Of a stretch of DNA of 64,000 nucleotides, positions 48,288-61,035 are shown piece after piece. The stretch is from Gekko japonicus. Taxonomy: Eukaryota. The notes beneath the pieces are model-generated. The model was not told where the DNA came from and did not search any database. It saw only the letters and a list, made by a program, of their open reading frames with translations. A program made the translations under genes and the position numbers. The stretch lies in the NCBI RefSeq assembly GCF_001447785.1, contig NW_015164707.1:227926-291925 (forward strand). Direction: 5' to 3'. Position 1 is the stretch's first letter; each line of letters opens with the position of its first letter.

Positions 48288-49998
48288 CTGTAAATAACAT
48301 CACCATTAGCAGCTACTGTGTCAGCAAATAACCCTGGATGTACTGTGACCCCCAAAACTCCTCTTGGCAAAGGGTGTTCCCCAGGACCTGGCCTCCAGCC
48401 CCCCAAAAACTATTGCCTTGGGACTTCAACGGCTATTTTTCAAGCACGTCTTTTCCAAGCAGCAAGTAACTCATTCCTGTTCATATGTAGAGCTGTACTA
48501 TTTAACCTTCCTTACACATAAACACACATTATAATTTCAGACAGTTCTGTTTAATGTGTGTAAGTGCAGCGCTCAGTTATGTCTGTATCCTTATTTGTTC
48601 CCATAATTCCTTCTGCATCTGTTAACATACAAAAAAAAGTTAATTTAACTCATCCCAGCTTCCCCTACACACATCCCCCCCCAAAGTTCTGAGGAAACTC
48701 TGCTGCTAACAGAAATAACCCACTGTATAGAATGGCCTATAAATTATTTAAATGCATGTACTTGCACAAATACACTTTTTCTTGACACAAATATGTTTCA
48801 CTTTGTTTTACCAGATTTTTTCTTATGAAAAAGACTCCAATTTCTGTTCCTGTATCCTTGGGGGGGGGGCAGGAATTCATTTATATCCTACTGTTCTCCC
48901 CAATATGAACCCAAAGCTGCTTATATCAATCTCAATACATCAATTCTATATCCTCACAACAACCCTGTGAGGTAGATTAGGCTGAGAAAGAGTGACTTGC
49001 CCAACGTAAACCAGCAAGTTTCCATGGCAGAGTAGGGATCGAACCTGGGTCTCTCCCAGATCGTAATCTGACAATGTGGTCACTACATCACACTGGCTCT
49101 GAAATGTTACAAACCAAGAACACTACTTGCCTAATATGTGAGTTCCATTAATATCCTACCCATTACTATAGTCAAAGCACATCAAAGTAACATTCGTAGA
49201 CGTAATCCAGCTGAAGTTAAATACAACAAGCTCCCTATTAACTTCAACTGGAGAGTTCAACACGTATTTATCTCTCTCTCCAATTTAAGGGGAACTAGTA
49301 TAGCAGAGTTACACTCTACTTAGCTCCTGAGATCTGATGAGACTGGGCTAACCTGAGCTATCCAGTTTTGAGCTACTTAAGCCTTATGTACAGCATAAGG
49401 TAAAAAATGAGAGGTAACATCTCATGCTAGAATGGAAATTACACCCTTTGCCTTTCAAGCCATTCTCAGTAATATCAGAGGATTGGGTACAGGCTGAACT
49501 TATTCAATAATGAGGGAAAGGTACTCTGAATATGCTCAGAGGCAATTTTAGTACTTCAGATGTGTCAAGGCTAAGCCATGGCACTGAAAGCAACTAAGGG
49601 GCACACATCACTTCCTATAGAAAACCACAACTCTACCAACACGAATTAGGGATATTTTTGGAACCTATGCAGTCAAGCTCCTAGTTATGACTAGAACAAC
49701 ACTTCACATTTTTAACAGCAGTATCAAAATTTTAACTGTAAGCCTTTCACACATCTTAATACTTAGAATTCGTAGACCCAGCACAAGGATTGTGTAGCCA
49801 AGTGATGTGGCACCAAGTTTTCCCCATCAAAGCACCCTTTCCCTATTTCTTATCAGTTGTAAGACAATTACCTTCGGCCTGCAGGACAACATCACAAAAT
49901 AAGTCAGCCCTCTGCTGGCGATGGAGCTGCAAGAACACCATGCGAAGTAGGCGGGAATTCCGATACAGAATCTTGGGATTTGCAGCTGGAGAGCCCAT
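46372..49998 (-). CDS. BTBD18: BTB/POZ domain-containing protein 18, spliced CDS: 49872-49998 and 46372-48287 (680 aa)
   Basis: MGSPAANPKILYRNSRLLRMVFLQLHRQQRADLFCDVVLQAE/GEAVPAHCCILTACSPFF...LRKLVDFLYTSEMEVSREEAQDVLEAARQLQVSELESL; BTB domain; synteny. Confidence 0.95.
48875..49098 (-). mobile_element. Older MIR/Squam3-like SINE
   Basis: CAACAACCCTGTGAGGTAG core and tRNA-like head. Confidence 0.65.
49872..49998 (-). CDS. BTBD18: BTBD18 first coding exon (acceptor at ~50030, so an upstream UTR exon exists)
   Basis: GCCATGG Kozak context; donor G|GTAATT. Confidence 0.93.
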
Positions 49999-50508
49999 GG
50001 CAGAAGAACTTTTGTTAGGTGCCAGATATCTGCAAACACAAGAGCTGGGAATTTAATTACCATCCTCTACAAGCAGTGCTCTTCACAGCTTTACTCATAC
50101 TTCTAGCCTCCAGCCAGCAGACAATGAGAAAGTTCCATGCAAGTTTTCTTTCTTCTAATTTCCATACCACCTTCTTAACTCAATTTATCGTATTCCTCCA
50201 CAGTACTCATGACCCTGGAGAGTTATTTCAGTTTTACCTCAGTGAATAAGTATAGAATGGCACGGTAGAAAATACAAGCACTTGTGATTTGCCAGCAGTA
50301 CCTGTTATTTTTCAGCTGAACCAAGTAATAACATTCCAAATGTTTTAGTGCTCTTCCCTTACCACACAGACATATCAGACCTCAATCATTCAAGTAGCTA
50401 ATGTACAACTTGAATACTGTACACTGACAAGAGCTCTCCAGGAGGGGGTGATCTATAAGTTAACTATTAGTCAGGAGCACAGAAATCTTGCCTCTAAATA
50501 CCACTTAC

Positions 50509-50864
50509 CAGGGCTTTTTTTGTAGAAAAAGCCCAGCAGGAACTCATTCGCCTAATAGGCCACACCCAACAGCAGAGACCCATTAGCATATTAGGCCACA
50601 CCCCACATGTTACCAGAAGTGTGGTCATCGAACCACACCCACCTTTTGCTTCTTATTCTGTTTAATTTGTTGTCAAAACCCTGGGCTTTTTTTGTAGCAG
50701 GAACTTCTTTGCATGTTAGGCCACACACCCCTAATGTAGCCAATCCTAATGAGTTTCTGCTGTTAGGTGTGGCCTATTATGCTAATGAGTTCCTGATGGG
50801 TGTGGCCAACTCAGGAGCCAGCCGGAACTCCGTTCCTGTGCGTTCCTGCCCAAAAATAGCCCTG
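50509..50864 (+). mobile_element. hAT MITE with 8-bp TSD CCACTTAC
   Basis: TIRs CAGGGCT...AGCCCTG; TSD at 50501-50508 and 50865-50872. Confidence 0.9.
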
Positions 50865-51968
50865 CCACTTACAATCAATCCAGAACTGTAGAAAACCCAG
50901 TCAGCTGTAGAATTAAAACTGGTAGACTTAAAGCCAGAAAGGAACTAAGTCGTAAAACCAAAAACTGTCTACATAGCACTACCACAGTGAGGTCTACCAG
51001 ATGTCCCAGTTCCCTTAAAAGCAGCATAACACTACAGAACATAACAGAAATTCTTTATATCAGAGGCCTATTACTCCATAGCATTCTATAGGAAAGCACA
51101 CTGTGATTCCAATGTATCTCTTACAGGAAAAGAAATCAAAACTATTTGAATTGTAAACAAGTGGGTGGGGGTTTTTTTGATCCAGCAAGGTTCAGGGGCC
51201 ATTTAAAAAAAATACATATTTTGAATGATTTCTACACTTGCTGTGGAAGACCCAATGCCACTCACCAGGCCTGGAAAGTACATTCAAACTGGAACAAGCA
51301 CAAATGAAAACTATGAGAATATGGTCAACAGGACTTCCGGGGAAATGGTGCGGCACCGCAGGTGATTTTCAGGTCGCTCCTGAATCTCCCCGACCTCCTT
51401 GCTTCTTTTGGAGACACCCCCACCCCCCCGAACGCTGTATCATGTTGGGCTCCTCCTGGACCTCTCGGAGGGAGGCCAGGTGCAGGAGACTTGCCCGGTC
51501 CCTCCCGCAACGGCAGTTAGCGGGAGAGAGACTGTTTCGTCTCGATGCAAGAGCGGGTGAAGGAGCAAATATAGTTTCCATGTCTTGCCTAAGCTGCGAC
51601 CTCCTTTTTAGAGACTAACAATTTGCAACATAACAAACGAGAACTGAGATAAAACGTAATGCATTTTTGATCATAAAAACAATGAAGACTGCCCCGAAAA
51701 TTACCCCCAGGGATTATAATCACATCTGAGAAGAAAGCAGCTAGGAAGAGAAAGTGGGGAAATCTGGAGAGGAGCAATTTCGGGGGTCAAAAAGCATATG
51801 AGGAAAATGGCCTTAATAGTCAAGGAGACAGAATATCTAGTTAATGTAGAAGTTGGGTACCTTACGGTGGATCAATTTAAAAAGCTCTTGCTGCAGGAGA
51901 TTCAACAAGCAGCTGAAGCAGCTTGCAGAAACCTTATCGAAAAAATCCAGAGTGCATATTTGGACCCG

Positions 51969-52999
51969 GAGGCTGTTGAAGAGCAGTCAAGCCCTCAGCA
52001 GAGCTATGGCGATGCACGAAGCTATTATTGAGGGAAGGAGTTACATGATACACAGCCCCCACCCAGGAAAGTTTTGGAGAGTATAAGAAAGCAAACATGT
52101 GCCCTAGAGGAAACAACAGAACTTTTGTCAGAGATGGCAAAGATAGAAGGAGACCCTTTAAAAGAGAGCCTCCCAAAACTTGTATTAAAAAAAAAAAAGA
52201 AATGTGAGAAAAAAGAAAGTAAGGAGCAGTGAAAGGAGACTTAGCAATGGTAAAAGAGGACTGAGAGCTGTTTTATGGAAACTCAAATGGGGAAACCAAA
52301 ATCCAAATGTATACAAGGAAATAAGACATTTAACCACGGTTGTCAAGAAAAACACGCTTTGGAAACTAAAAAAAAATAATAAGATATATGATCAGTGAAT
52401 CAGAATACTTATTATGGCATATTTAATGGAGTTAATTAGATAATAGGATGATGAGAAGCAAAAGTGAGCCATAATTTGGGAAAATGAGGCTGTTGAAGAG
52501 CAGTCAAGCCCTCAGCAGAGCTATGGCGATGCACGAAGCTATTATTGAGGGAAGGAGTTACATGATACACAGCCCCCACCCAGGAAAGTTTTGGAGAGTA
52601 TAACAAAGCAAACATGTGCCCTAGAGGAAACAACAGAACTTTTGTCAGAGATGGCAAAGATAGAAGGAGACCCTTTAAAAGAGAGCCTCCCAAAACTTGT
52701 ATTAAAAAAAAAGAAATGTGAGAAAAAAGAAAGTAAGGAGCAGTGAAAGGAGACTTAGCAATGGTAAAAGAGGACTGAGAGCTGTTTTATGGAAACTCAA
52801 ATGGGGAAACCAAAATCCAAATGTATACAAGGAAATAAGACATTTAACCACGGTTGTCAAGAAAAACACGCTTTGGAAACTAAAAAAAAATAATAAGATA
52901 TATGATCAGTGAATCAGAATACTTATTATGGCATATTTAATGGAGTTAATTAGATAATAGGATGATGAGAAGCAAAAGTGAGCCATAATTTGGGAAAAT
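51969..52999. repeat. ~515-bp tandem duplication (51969-52485 / 52486-52999)
   Basis: Near-identical; differences seen are one A-run length and one substitution. Confidence 0.9.
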
Positions 53000-53862
53000 T
53001 AAGCTTATAATACTCTATTCATGATAATAGGAAGAAGAGAAGTGAGAGAGTTAGCTATAACCCAGGAAAACCTTTCTTTAAAGTTATCTTTAATATGAAT
53101 TGTCGGATTTTATTTTAGAGTTTTTCTTTACAATTCTTCCTATGTAGTTAAATATGTTATATGGGAAATAATAATGATATTTGTATGACTTACTTGCTGA
53201 GTAATGAACAGCCCTATTTAGGAAGAATGAAAAATACAATGAATCTGATATGTGTGAACGTGGTTCAGATATTATTAGTATATCTGTTTATTTAAACTTG
53301 TTATTTCTGAGATCTATAAAATTGTTTTGTTAGAACTAGATGCTGGTAAGAAAACTGTTCTGTTATAATAGGATGCTGGCAAATGCAATATTTAGTAGCA
53401 TTTTGGAGACAGGTTTTTTAAAAAGTTATTTTGTTTTGACTTTATAGTTTCTATTATATTTTTCTTTTTTAATTTTAGAATACGGTTAAATATGACTAAC
53501 ATAAGGTCTCAATATCGCAATCTACAGAAGGATCAAGTAGAAGGCTAAAGTTTTAAAAACCGGGAATTGTAAAATGGCTGAAAAATGAGAAATTAGAAAA
53601 TGGGAAAGTCGAGGCCACTTAAACATTTGGTAAGGATCCAAATCCGACCATAGGTACTACAGATTAAACTTGATTTAAATTGCTTAGACACTTGAAAGGA
53701 TGTTGGTCCATCAAGATAGCCTGACTATAGTTTTATATATTTTTTTCCTTAAAAAAGGGGGGGGAATAAAAATAAAATAAGGTTAATAGTAAAATGTTAT
53801 CAGATAATGTAATTTTGATAAACTATATATCTTTAATGTCAGATCACTGGAATAGTTAAACT

Positions 53863-54313
53863 CAGGGCTTTTTTGTAGAAAAAGCCCAGCAGGAACTCAT
53901 TAGCATAATACGCCACACCCAACATCTGAAATCCATTAGCATATTAGGCCACACCCTGACACCACAGCGCATTAGCATATTAGGCCGCAGCCCCGTGTTG
54001 CCAAAAGTGTGGTCATCCAGCCACACCCACCTTTTGCTTCTTATTCTGTTTACCTTGTTTGTTGTCAAAACCCAGGGCCTTTTTTTGTAGCAGGGACTCC
54101 TTTGCATGTTAGGCCATACACCCCTACTGTAGCCAATCCTAATGAGTTTCTGCTGTTGGGTGTGGCCTATTATGCTAACGAGTTCCTGCTGGGCGTGGCC
54201 AACTCAGGAGCCAGCCAGAACTCCATTCCTGTGCATTCCTACCCAAAAATAGCCCTGCTTGGATGCAGTCATCATGCAGAATGAACTGGGATTCCTGCCC
54301 AGAAATAGCCCTG
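53863..54313 (+). mobile_element. hAT MITE with 8-bp TSD GTTAAACT, nested in the L1-type element
   Basis: Same family as 50509; doubled right terminus. Confidence 0.9.
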
Positions 54314-56569
54314 GTTAAACTTATTGTTTGATTGAAACATGCGATATGCTAGGATTTGCTTTAAACTTATGGCTAAGAAGAACATAAATGGTAACAAACC
54401 TGTCTGTTATGTTTGAATTATGTGTGGAAGATACCAGTTTTTGTCTCATCCAATTTGTTGGTTTGAAAACTAATAAAAACAATTATTTTAAAAAAAGAAT
54501 ATGGTCAACTGAACAACCAACCTACCTCACTAGATTAAATTTAACAAGTTTGTGTTGGTTAGAAGCCTATCCTATCATCAAAAGGTCAATAGTTTATGTG
54601 ATGGGAGACTAAGGAAAGAAAACACACTCTAAGTTCCAGAAAAAGAGAGTACAGCATATGTAGAAACGGTATTTCAAATAATAATTTGGAGGTTTTTAAC
54701 AAGAGCCAAAGTTTGGTACCCCAAGACAGACAAGTTAATGAAAAAACCTAATCAATTTTCAGAGTAATATAACAGAGGCGTGGCACCACAGAACCTGCTC
54801 TTCGTCTGCTGCTTCAGCAGTTTTCTGCAGCTGCCAGAGATTTTTCCATTCCAAGGATCAGACTGCCACAGTTATAATGACACTTGGAAAAGAGAATTCC
54901 CTCTCAAAATGTGTTACTCCTTGCAGCTCCACAGGTTACACACACACACACACACACATATATATGCAATTAGAACAACATACTTCTTACTACTTTACTC
55001 ATCTTGCATTTACAAATACTATTTCAATTCAATAACCTGGACTGATTTAGGTACCATGAAAAAACAATCACGCCATCAGCTGGGAAATTTCCTCATGTAC
55101 TCAGGATACCAAGACAGGCATGTCAGAAAATGCTTTTCTTAACAATCCCTGCTAGTGTTCCTGGAGGTTCCTGGCTATCATCTGTCCTGCTGGGAAGTTC
55201 TCTTCCTTTTTAAAGCTACAGTTGAGATTTTTTTGTTTTTGGCATTCTGCAGTCATACAAGGCTGGGGTCTATGTGGAAACAAAATGAGGGAAATTTCTA
55301 GATGGAGGGGTTTGCAAGTGGTTAAATATACATATTGCATCAGCATGCCTATCACCTCTGACTGGAGAAAGGGAGATGGTGCATACCACCACAAGTACAA
55401 ACACATACAAGCTTAACAGAGATGGCACAGCAACTATTGCACAAAACCTACACCTCCATCTCCCATGCTAGATAGTGTGGTTGTAGTTTTTTTAAAAAAC
55501 CCACTTCCAATTTCTGCTACCATCACTGGAGGTATCATTGATTGAAAATACTCTAAGGAATTCCATGGGGGTCAGCCAACAAGATACAAAACCTTCAGTT
55601 TATACAGCTTCAGACTAGCATCTCGCAAGATTTCAGACAGTTTTCTCCTTACATGTGTGCTACAACCACAAAAGATTTTTTTAATTGTTTAAGTATGCCA
55701 TTAACACATTTTATAAAAACACAACTATGACTGAACTGTGCTGGCTGTTCTATTACTAGTACAGTTGTCATTTAACAATCCCCCACAGGTAGGATGATCA
55801 CATGTTACTGGGAATAACTCTCACTTTTGTTATCCGATAAAATGAGAAGCATAGAATAAGTTTTGTCACCTTTTCTTCCTTTAGTAACTTCCAGATACAT
55901 AGAAATTAAATAAGGAAAGTTTCCCCCACCAGTTATTTTCATGAAAAGCTTCCCCAGTTAAATTTCTGGATTTCTGCCTACTGTTGAAGGCACATGGGAA
56001 GAAAAAAAGGTGGCAATACCAGTGAAGAAGGCTGTGATATGGGGCAACATTGGTCATGAATATGATTGGCATTTTAGAGTTCACATACAAAATCCCACAA
56101 AAATAAAGTAATTCCAGCTTTCAGACCTGTGATATTACATGGGCAAGAAAAAGTCATGACCTGCCAAGAAACATTCCAGAACAATGGGGTAATGTAAAAT
56201 CCCGCAGAAATCTGGTGTAGAATTGTCAGCTCTTCTTCTGGTAGAACTCATTAGCATTTAAGAGCCACAAGACAAGAAGAAATTATGTATGATCTGCCTT
56301 TTACTCTTGCATTAATGTCAGTACTACTTTACTACCACAAGACACATTCCTAGCACTGCCAGCAATTGCTAATGGTTAAGCAATAGTAACACCTGGGTGT
56401 AAAGCCCCATTTATATTGCTGGAGGAAACGAACTTTTTTTTTAAGGGAATAAGGGTACTGTCAGGTTTCAGAGTAGCCACCAGTCTTCTCAGAGAGAAAC
56501 AACTAAGCAAAGCGTCTTTTTCAAGCACAGCACTCTCATTATGTACTAGGTGCAGAAGTCAACTATTCA

Positions 56570-57070
56570 GGGGGGCAAAGGTTGAAGTTGAAGAAACTGA
56601 ATTTACTCAAGATTTTCTATTCCTTGGCTCCATCATCAACCAAAAGGGAGAATGCAACCAAGAACTCTGAAGAAGAGATTGGATTTATATCCTGCCCTTC
56701 ACTCAGAGAGGCTTTTACAAACTCCTTTCCTTTACCCACAACAGACACCCTGTGAGGTAGGTGGGGCTGAGAGAGCTCTTTCGAGAACTGCTCTTTCAAG
56801 GTCCCAGCAGCTGCCCAAGGTCATCCAGCAGCTGCAAGTGGAGGTGTGGGGAATCAAACCCAGTTCTCCCAGATCAGAGTCCGCACGCTACAACACCAAA
56901 CTGAAGGAAACTGAGACTGGGAAGGGCAGCCATGAAAGAGCTAGAACAGATTCTTAAATGCAGGGATGTGTTGCTGGTGACTGAAATCAAGTTAATTCAT
57001 GCCATCATATTCCTCATTACTATGTAGGGCTGTGAAACTGGACAGTGCTGACAGGGAGAAAGTAGATTTT
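56570..57070 (+). mobile_element. Old RTE-clade LINE fragment containing a Squam3-type SINE (56669-56903, minus)
   Basis: DFLFLGSIINQKGECNQE...LGRAAMKEL..ILKC. Confidence 0.65.
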
Positions 57071-57525
57071 ACCACTGAAGTAAAACCAGGACTGAGAATA
57101 TGTAAATACAATCTGAATAGAGTAGATCCAGTGGACAGTGAATTTACTTCAAGATATCTGCCAATCTGCTAAATCACATACACAATCAGCTGCCCTGCTT
57201 GTTAAAAAAGCAAAGCACTCTGTTTCAATGCCTCCATCTGGAATCCCCACTTAAGGAACACAAATTCACACCCCTTTATTCTGTATTAATGCAGAAGCTA
57301 CCCTAGGTTCCAGCATGAGGCAAAATCCCCATAAAAATTCAGAGACTGAAGTGATTGAAATGTGTTTTAAAACCAGCCCAACTATATTGCCATTTTCAAA
57401 TACAAGCCCTACTCTAGAGAAATGTTCCACTGTTTAACAGCGACTTAGCAGACTACAGGTAACAAATTCCTGTCTGCATAAGTATGCCAGAATAAAGGCA
57501 GCAGCCCAACCTCAGAGTGTAAATT

Positions 57526-57801
57526 CAGTTTGGTGTAGTGGTTAAGTGCGCGGACTCTAATCTGGGAGAACCGGGTTTGATTCCCCACTCCTCCTCGACG
57601 TGCAGCTGCCAGTGTGACCTTGGGTCGGTCACAAGTTCTTTCAGAGCTGTCCTCTCAAGGGCAGTTTCTGTCAAGAGCTCTCTCAGCCCCACCTCCCTCA
57701 CAGGGGGTGTCTGTTGAGGGGAGGGGAAGGGAAAGGGGTTTGTGAGCCGCTCTGAGACTCCTCCTTCGGGTTAGAAATCCAATCTCCTCTCCTCTTCTCC
57801 T
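57526..57801 (+). mobile_element. Squam3-type SINE
   Basis: A and B boxes; CT-rich tail. Confidence 0.85.
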
Positions 57802-57929
57802 CAAAGGACCGCAAAATCAGGAAAACAACATCCAAGACATTCTAGAATCAGGCCCTACTTCTGCAGACTGTTTTTTGTTCCCAGGTCAACAATACTTAAT
57901 TTTCCATTATAACCCCCTAGGCCTTCCAC

Positions 57930-58195
57930 AGGGCGGGATCATGCTACGTTTGTTCGCTGCCTGAAGCGGCTGGATGTCAGGCTGCGCGAGAGAGGCGGCC
58001 CACAGGCACATCCGGGAAAGGGCCGCTGAGTCGCCCCTGAGAGTTGGAGGCCCCCCACCCCCGGCAGGCGCTCGGCCGACTCCCACTCGGGGTCCCTCAA
58101 GGAGGCCGGGGCCGGCCTGTCCCCTCCCCACCGCCTCTTCTCCATCCACTCACTCCCGGCAAGGCCCGCGGCGGTCTCCTTCCCCCCCCCCACCC
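57930..58195. promoter_or_regulatory. CpG island running into a gap; probable BTBD18 promoter / first exon
   Basis: GC- and CpG-rich, upstream of BTBD18 on the minus strand, abuts N gap 58196-59148. Confidence 0.55.
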
Positions 58196-59338
58196 NNNNN
58201 NNNNNNNNNNNNNNNNNNNNNNNNNNNNNNNNNNNNNNNNNNNNNNNNNNNNNNNNNNNNNNNNNNNNNNNNNNNNNNNNNNNNNNNNNNNNNNNNNNNN
58301 NNNNNNNNNNNNNNNNNNNNNNNNNNNNNNNNNNNNNNNNNNNNNNNNNNNNNNNNNNNNNNNNNNNNNNNNNNNNNNNNNNNNNNNNNNNNNNNNNNNN
58401 NNNNNNNNNNNNNNNNNNNNNNNNNNNNNNNNNNNNNNNNNNNNNNNNNNNNNNNNNNNNNNNNNNNNNNNNNNNNNNNNNNNNNNNNNNNNNNNNNNNN
58501 NNNNNNNNNNNNNNNNNNNNNNNNNNNNNNNNNNNNNNNNNNNNNNNNNNNNNNNNNNNNNNNNNNNNNNNNNNNNNNNNNNNNNNNNNNNNNNNNNNNN
58601 NNNNNNNNNNNNNNNNNNNNNNNNNNNNNNNNNNNNNNNNNNNNNNNNNNNNNNNNNNNNNNNNNNNNNNNNNNNNNNNNNNNNNNNNNNNNNNNNNNNN
58701 NNNNNNNNNNNNNNNNNNNNNNNNNNNNNNNNNNNNNNNNNNNNNNNNNNNNNNNNNNNNNNNNNNNNNNNNNNNNNNNNNNNNNNNNNNNNNNNNNNNN
58801 NNNNNNNNNNNNNNNNNNNNNNNNNNNNNNNNNNNNNNNNNNNNNNNNNNNNNNNNNNNNNNNNNNNNNNNNNNNNNNNNNNNNNNNNNNNNNNNNNNNN
58901 NNNNNNNNNNNNNNNNNNNNNNNNNNNNNNNNNNNNNNNNNNNNNNNNNNNNNNNNNNNNNNNNNNNNNNNNNNNNNNNNNNNNNNNNNNNNNNNNNNNN
59001 NNNNNNNNNNNNNNNNNNNNNNNNNNNNNNNNNNNNNNNNNNNNNNNNNNNNNNNNNNNNNNNNNNNNNNNNNNNNNNNNNNNNNNNNNNNNNNNNNNNN
59101 NNNNNNNNNNNNNNNNNNNNNNNNNNNNNNNNNNNNNNNNNNNNNNNNCCTCTTACCAGGACATCAGCCGCCACTGGCGGCTGATGTCCTGGTAAGAGGA
59201 CCGTGGACCTGTCACCACAAGGGGGAAACTGAGGGGACCCCGCGGAAACCCACTCCCTCTTTTGCCTCGTGTCAAGGACGCGGGGAGTTGACATTTCTTT
59301 CCACTAGACCACGGGTTCCTAATCGCTAATCCACTATT

Positions 59339-59903
59339 AGAAGAAGAAGAAGAGATTGGATTTGTTCCCCGCCCTTCACTACCCAAGGGAGTCTCAGAGC
59401 GGCTTACAGAGCGTTCCCCTTCCCCTCCCCACAACAGACACCCTGTGAGGTAGGTGGGGCTGAGAGAGCTCTTGACAGAAACTGCTCTTTTTCAAGGACA
59501 GCTCTTACCAGAACTATGGCTTGCCCAAGGTCATCCAGCAGGAGCAAGTGGAGGAGTGGGGAATCAAACACGGTTCTCACAGATTAGAGTCCGCGCACTT
59601 AACCTCTACAGAAGAAGAAGAAGAGGAAGAAGAAGAAGAGATTGGATTTCTACCCCGCCCTTCACTCGGAGTCTCAGAGCAGCTTACAAACTCCTTTCCC
59701 TCCCCCTCCCCACAACAGACACCCTGTGAGGTGGGTGGGGCTGAGAGAGCTCTGATAGAAACTGCTCTTTTTCAAGGACAGCTGTGCCAGAGCTTGTGAC
59801 TGACCCAAGGTCACATCAGCAGGTGCAAGTGGAGGAGTGGGGACTCAAACCCGGTTCTCCCAGATTAGAGTCCGCACACTTAACCACCACACCAAACTGG
59901 CTC
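59339..59903 (-). mobile_element. Tandem pair of Squam3-type SINEs (59339-59605, 59611-59903)
   Basis: Two head-to-tail copies with (CTT)n tails. Confidence 0.85.
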
Positions 59904-60554
59904 TATTGCCCATCAAGTATGTATGCCACATTACTATTAAATGCTCTGGGTTAAAAAAAATATATTAAAACAGCGCTACAGAAAATGGAACTTTATTTAT
60001 ATGCATATGATATACAGGAATCCTAAATGATCACCCTCAGCCAACACCTTAAATTCAGGATTTTTATATTCAGGTGGGGTAGGCAGTATGAAATTATGTC
60101 AGAAGCAATTGCAGGTGAGTAGAAGAACCAGTCTAAAATTTCAGATGCTCCCCCACACTTTGCCCCCAAGTTCTGAATACTTCCCAAGATTTGTAGGTTG
60201 CCTCTGTTTAAAGCCACTGATCTATTCTCAATTAGTTGTCCTTCATGAGGGCCACTTTGCACTTTATAAGGAAGCGGTGATCAGGAAGTGGTCTCCCAAC
60301 AGGTAACTCGTTAGCTGCTATAGAGTAGCTCATGCATCTCCTAGGAAAAGACTACAAAGTGACCTGCTCTATGCTTTTTCTTTTTTTTAAAAAAAACCCT
60401 TTTATTTCATAGGATTTTTCTCTGTGCTGTTTTGCAGTTGAGAGCTTCATTTCTGGTGCTCTTCCTAGTGTTCATGTTCTGTTTCTAAGTCAGAATAAAA
60501 CTTGCCAAGAGCTCAGTATATTTTTCAGTACTCAAAAGTAGCTCTCATTAATTT

Positions 60555-60745
60555 TATTATTTCAGTTGTACCCTACCTGTCTCCCCAGTGGGTCCCAAAG
60601 TGGCTTACATTGTTTCCCTCCCCTTCATTTTATCCTTACAACAACCCTGTGAAGTAGGTTAGGCCAAGAGTGTGTGAATGGCCCACATTTCCATCGCTGA
60701 GGTGGGATTTGAACCTGGGTCTCCCTGATCCTACACACTAACCAC
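60555..60745 (-). mobile_element. Older MIR/Squam3-like SINE
   Basis: ACAACAACCCTGTGAAGTAGG core. Confidence 0.6.
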
Positions 60746-60945
60746 TTCTTCTTTTTTGCCACCAAGTCACAGCTGATTTATAGCGACTTCGTAGGGTTTT
60801 TTGGGCAAAAAATGTTCAGAGGTAGTGTGCCATTGCGTTCCTCTGAGTAGCGATCTGGTATTCCTCGGTAGCCTCCCGTCCAAGTACTAACAAGAGCCAG
60901 CCCTGCTTAGCTTCTGAGCTCAGGCTGGCCCCGGGCTATCCAGGC
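60746..60945 (-). mobile_element. 5S rRNA-derived SINE (5S-Sauria-like)
   Basis: Minus strand CTCAGAAGCTAAGCAGGGCTGGCTCTTGTTAGTACTTGGACGGGAGG resembles 5S boxes A and C; non-5S tail follows. Confidence 0.75.
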
Positions 60946-61035
60946 TCGGCCTCTACTATACCATGCTCATTAAAGAAAATGTTGACAGTGGAGGATAGGC
61001 AACAAGTGACGTGCACATTTTCCCACGTTCCTGGA

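Larger units (their letters stand above)
51330..54495 (+). mobile_element. Non-autonomous L1-type (HAL1-like) element with 14-bp TSD
   Basis: TSD AGAATATGGTCAAC at 51316-51329 and 54496-54509; 5' GGACTTCCGG; degenerate ORF 51798-52031; no RT; AATAAA and A tail. Confidence 0.8.

Noticed and set aside
46372-48306. ORF-track start MVMLFT for BTBD18
   Set aside because: Intronic; the real start is in the upstream exon at 49998, spliced to 48287
51969-52999. Duplicated 64-85 aa ORFs as gene duplicates
   Set aside because: They lie in a near-identical tandem duplication inside a TE, possibly two alleles assembled in tandem
59149-59199. Perfect 25-bp-arm palindrome with a 1-nt loop
   Set aside because: It starts exactly at a contig edge beside an N gap, typical of a fold-back read artefact; not called an RNA hairpin without long-read support
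60830-60945. 5S rRNA gene
   Set aside because: Diverged and partial, fused to a SINE body and tail
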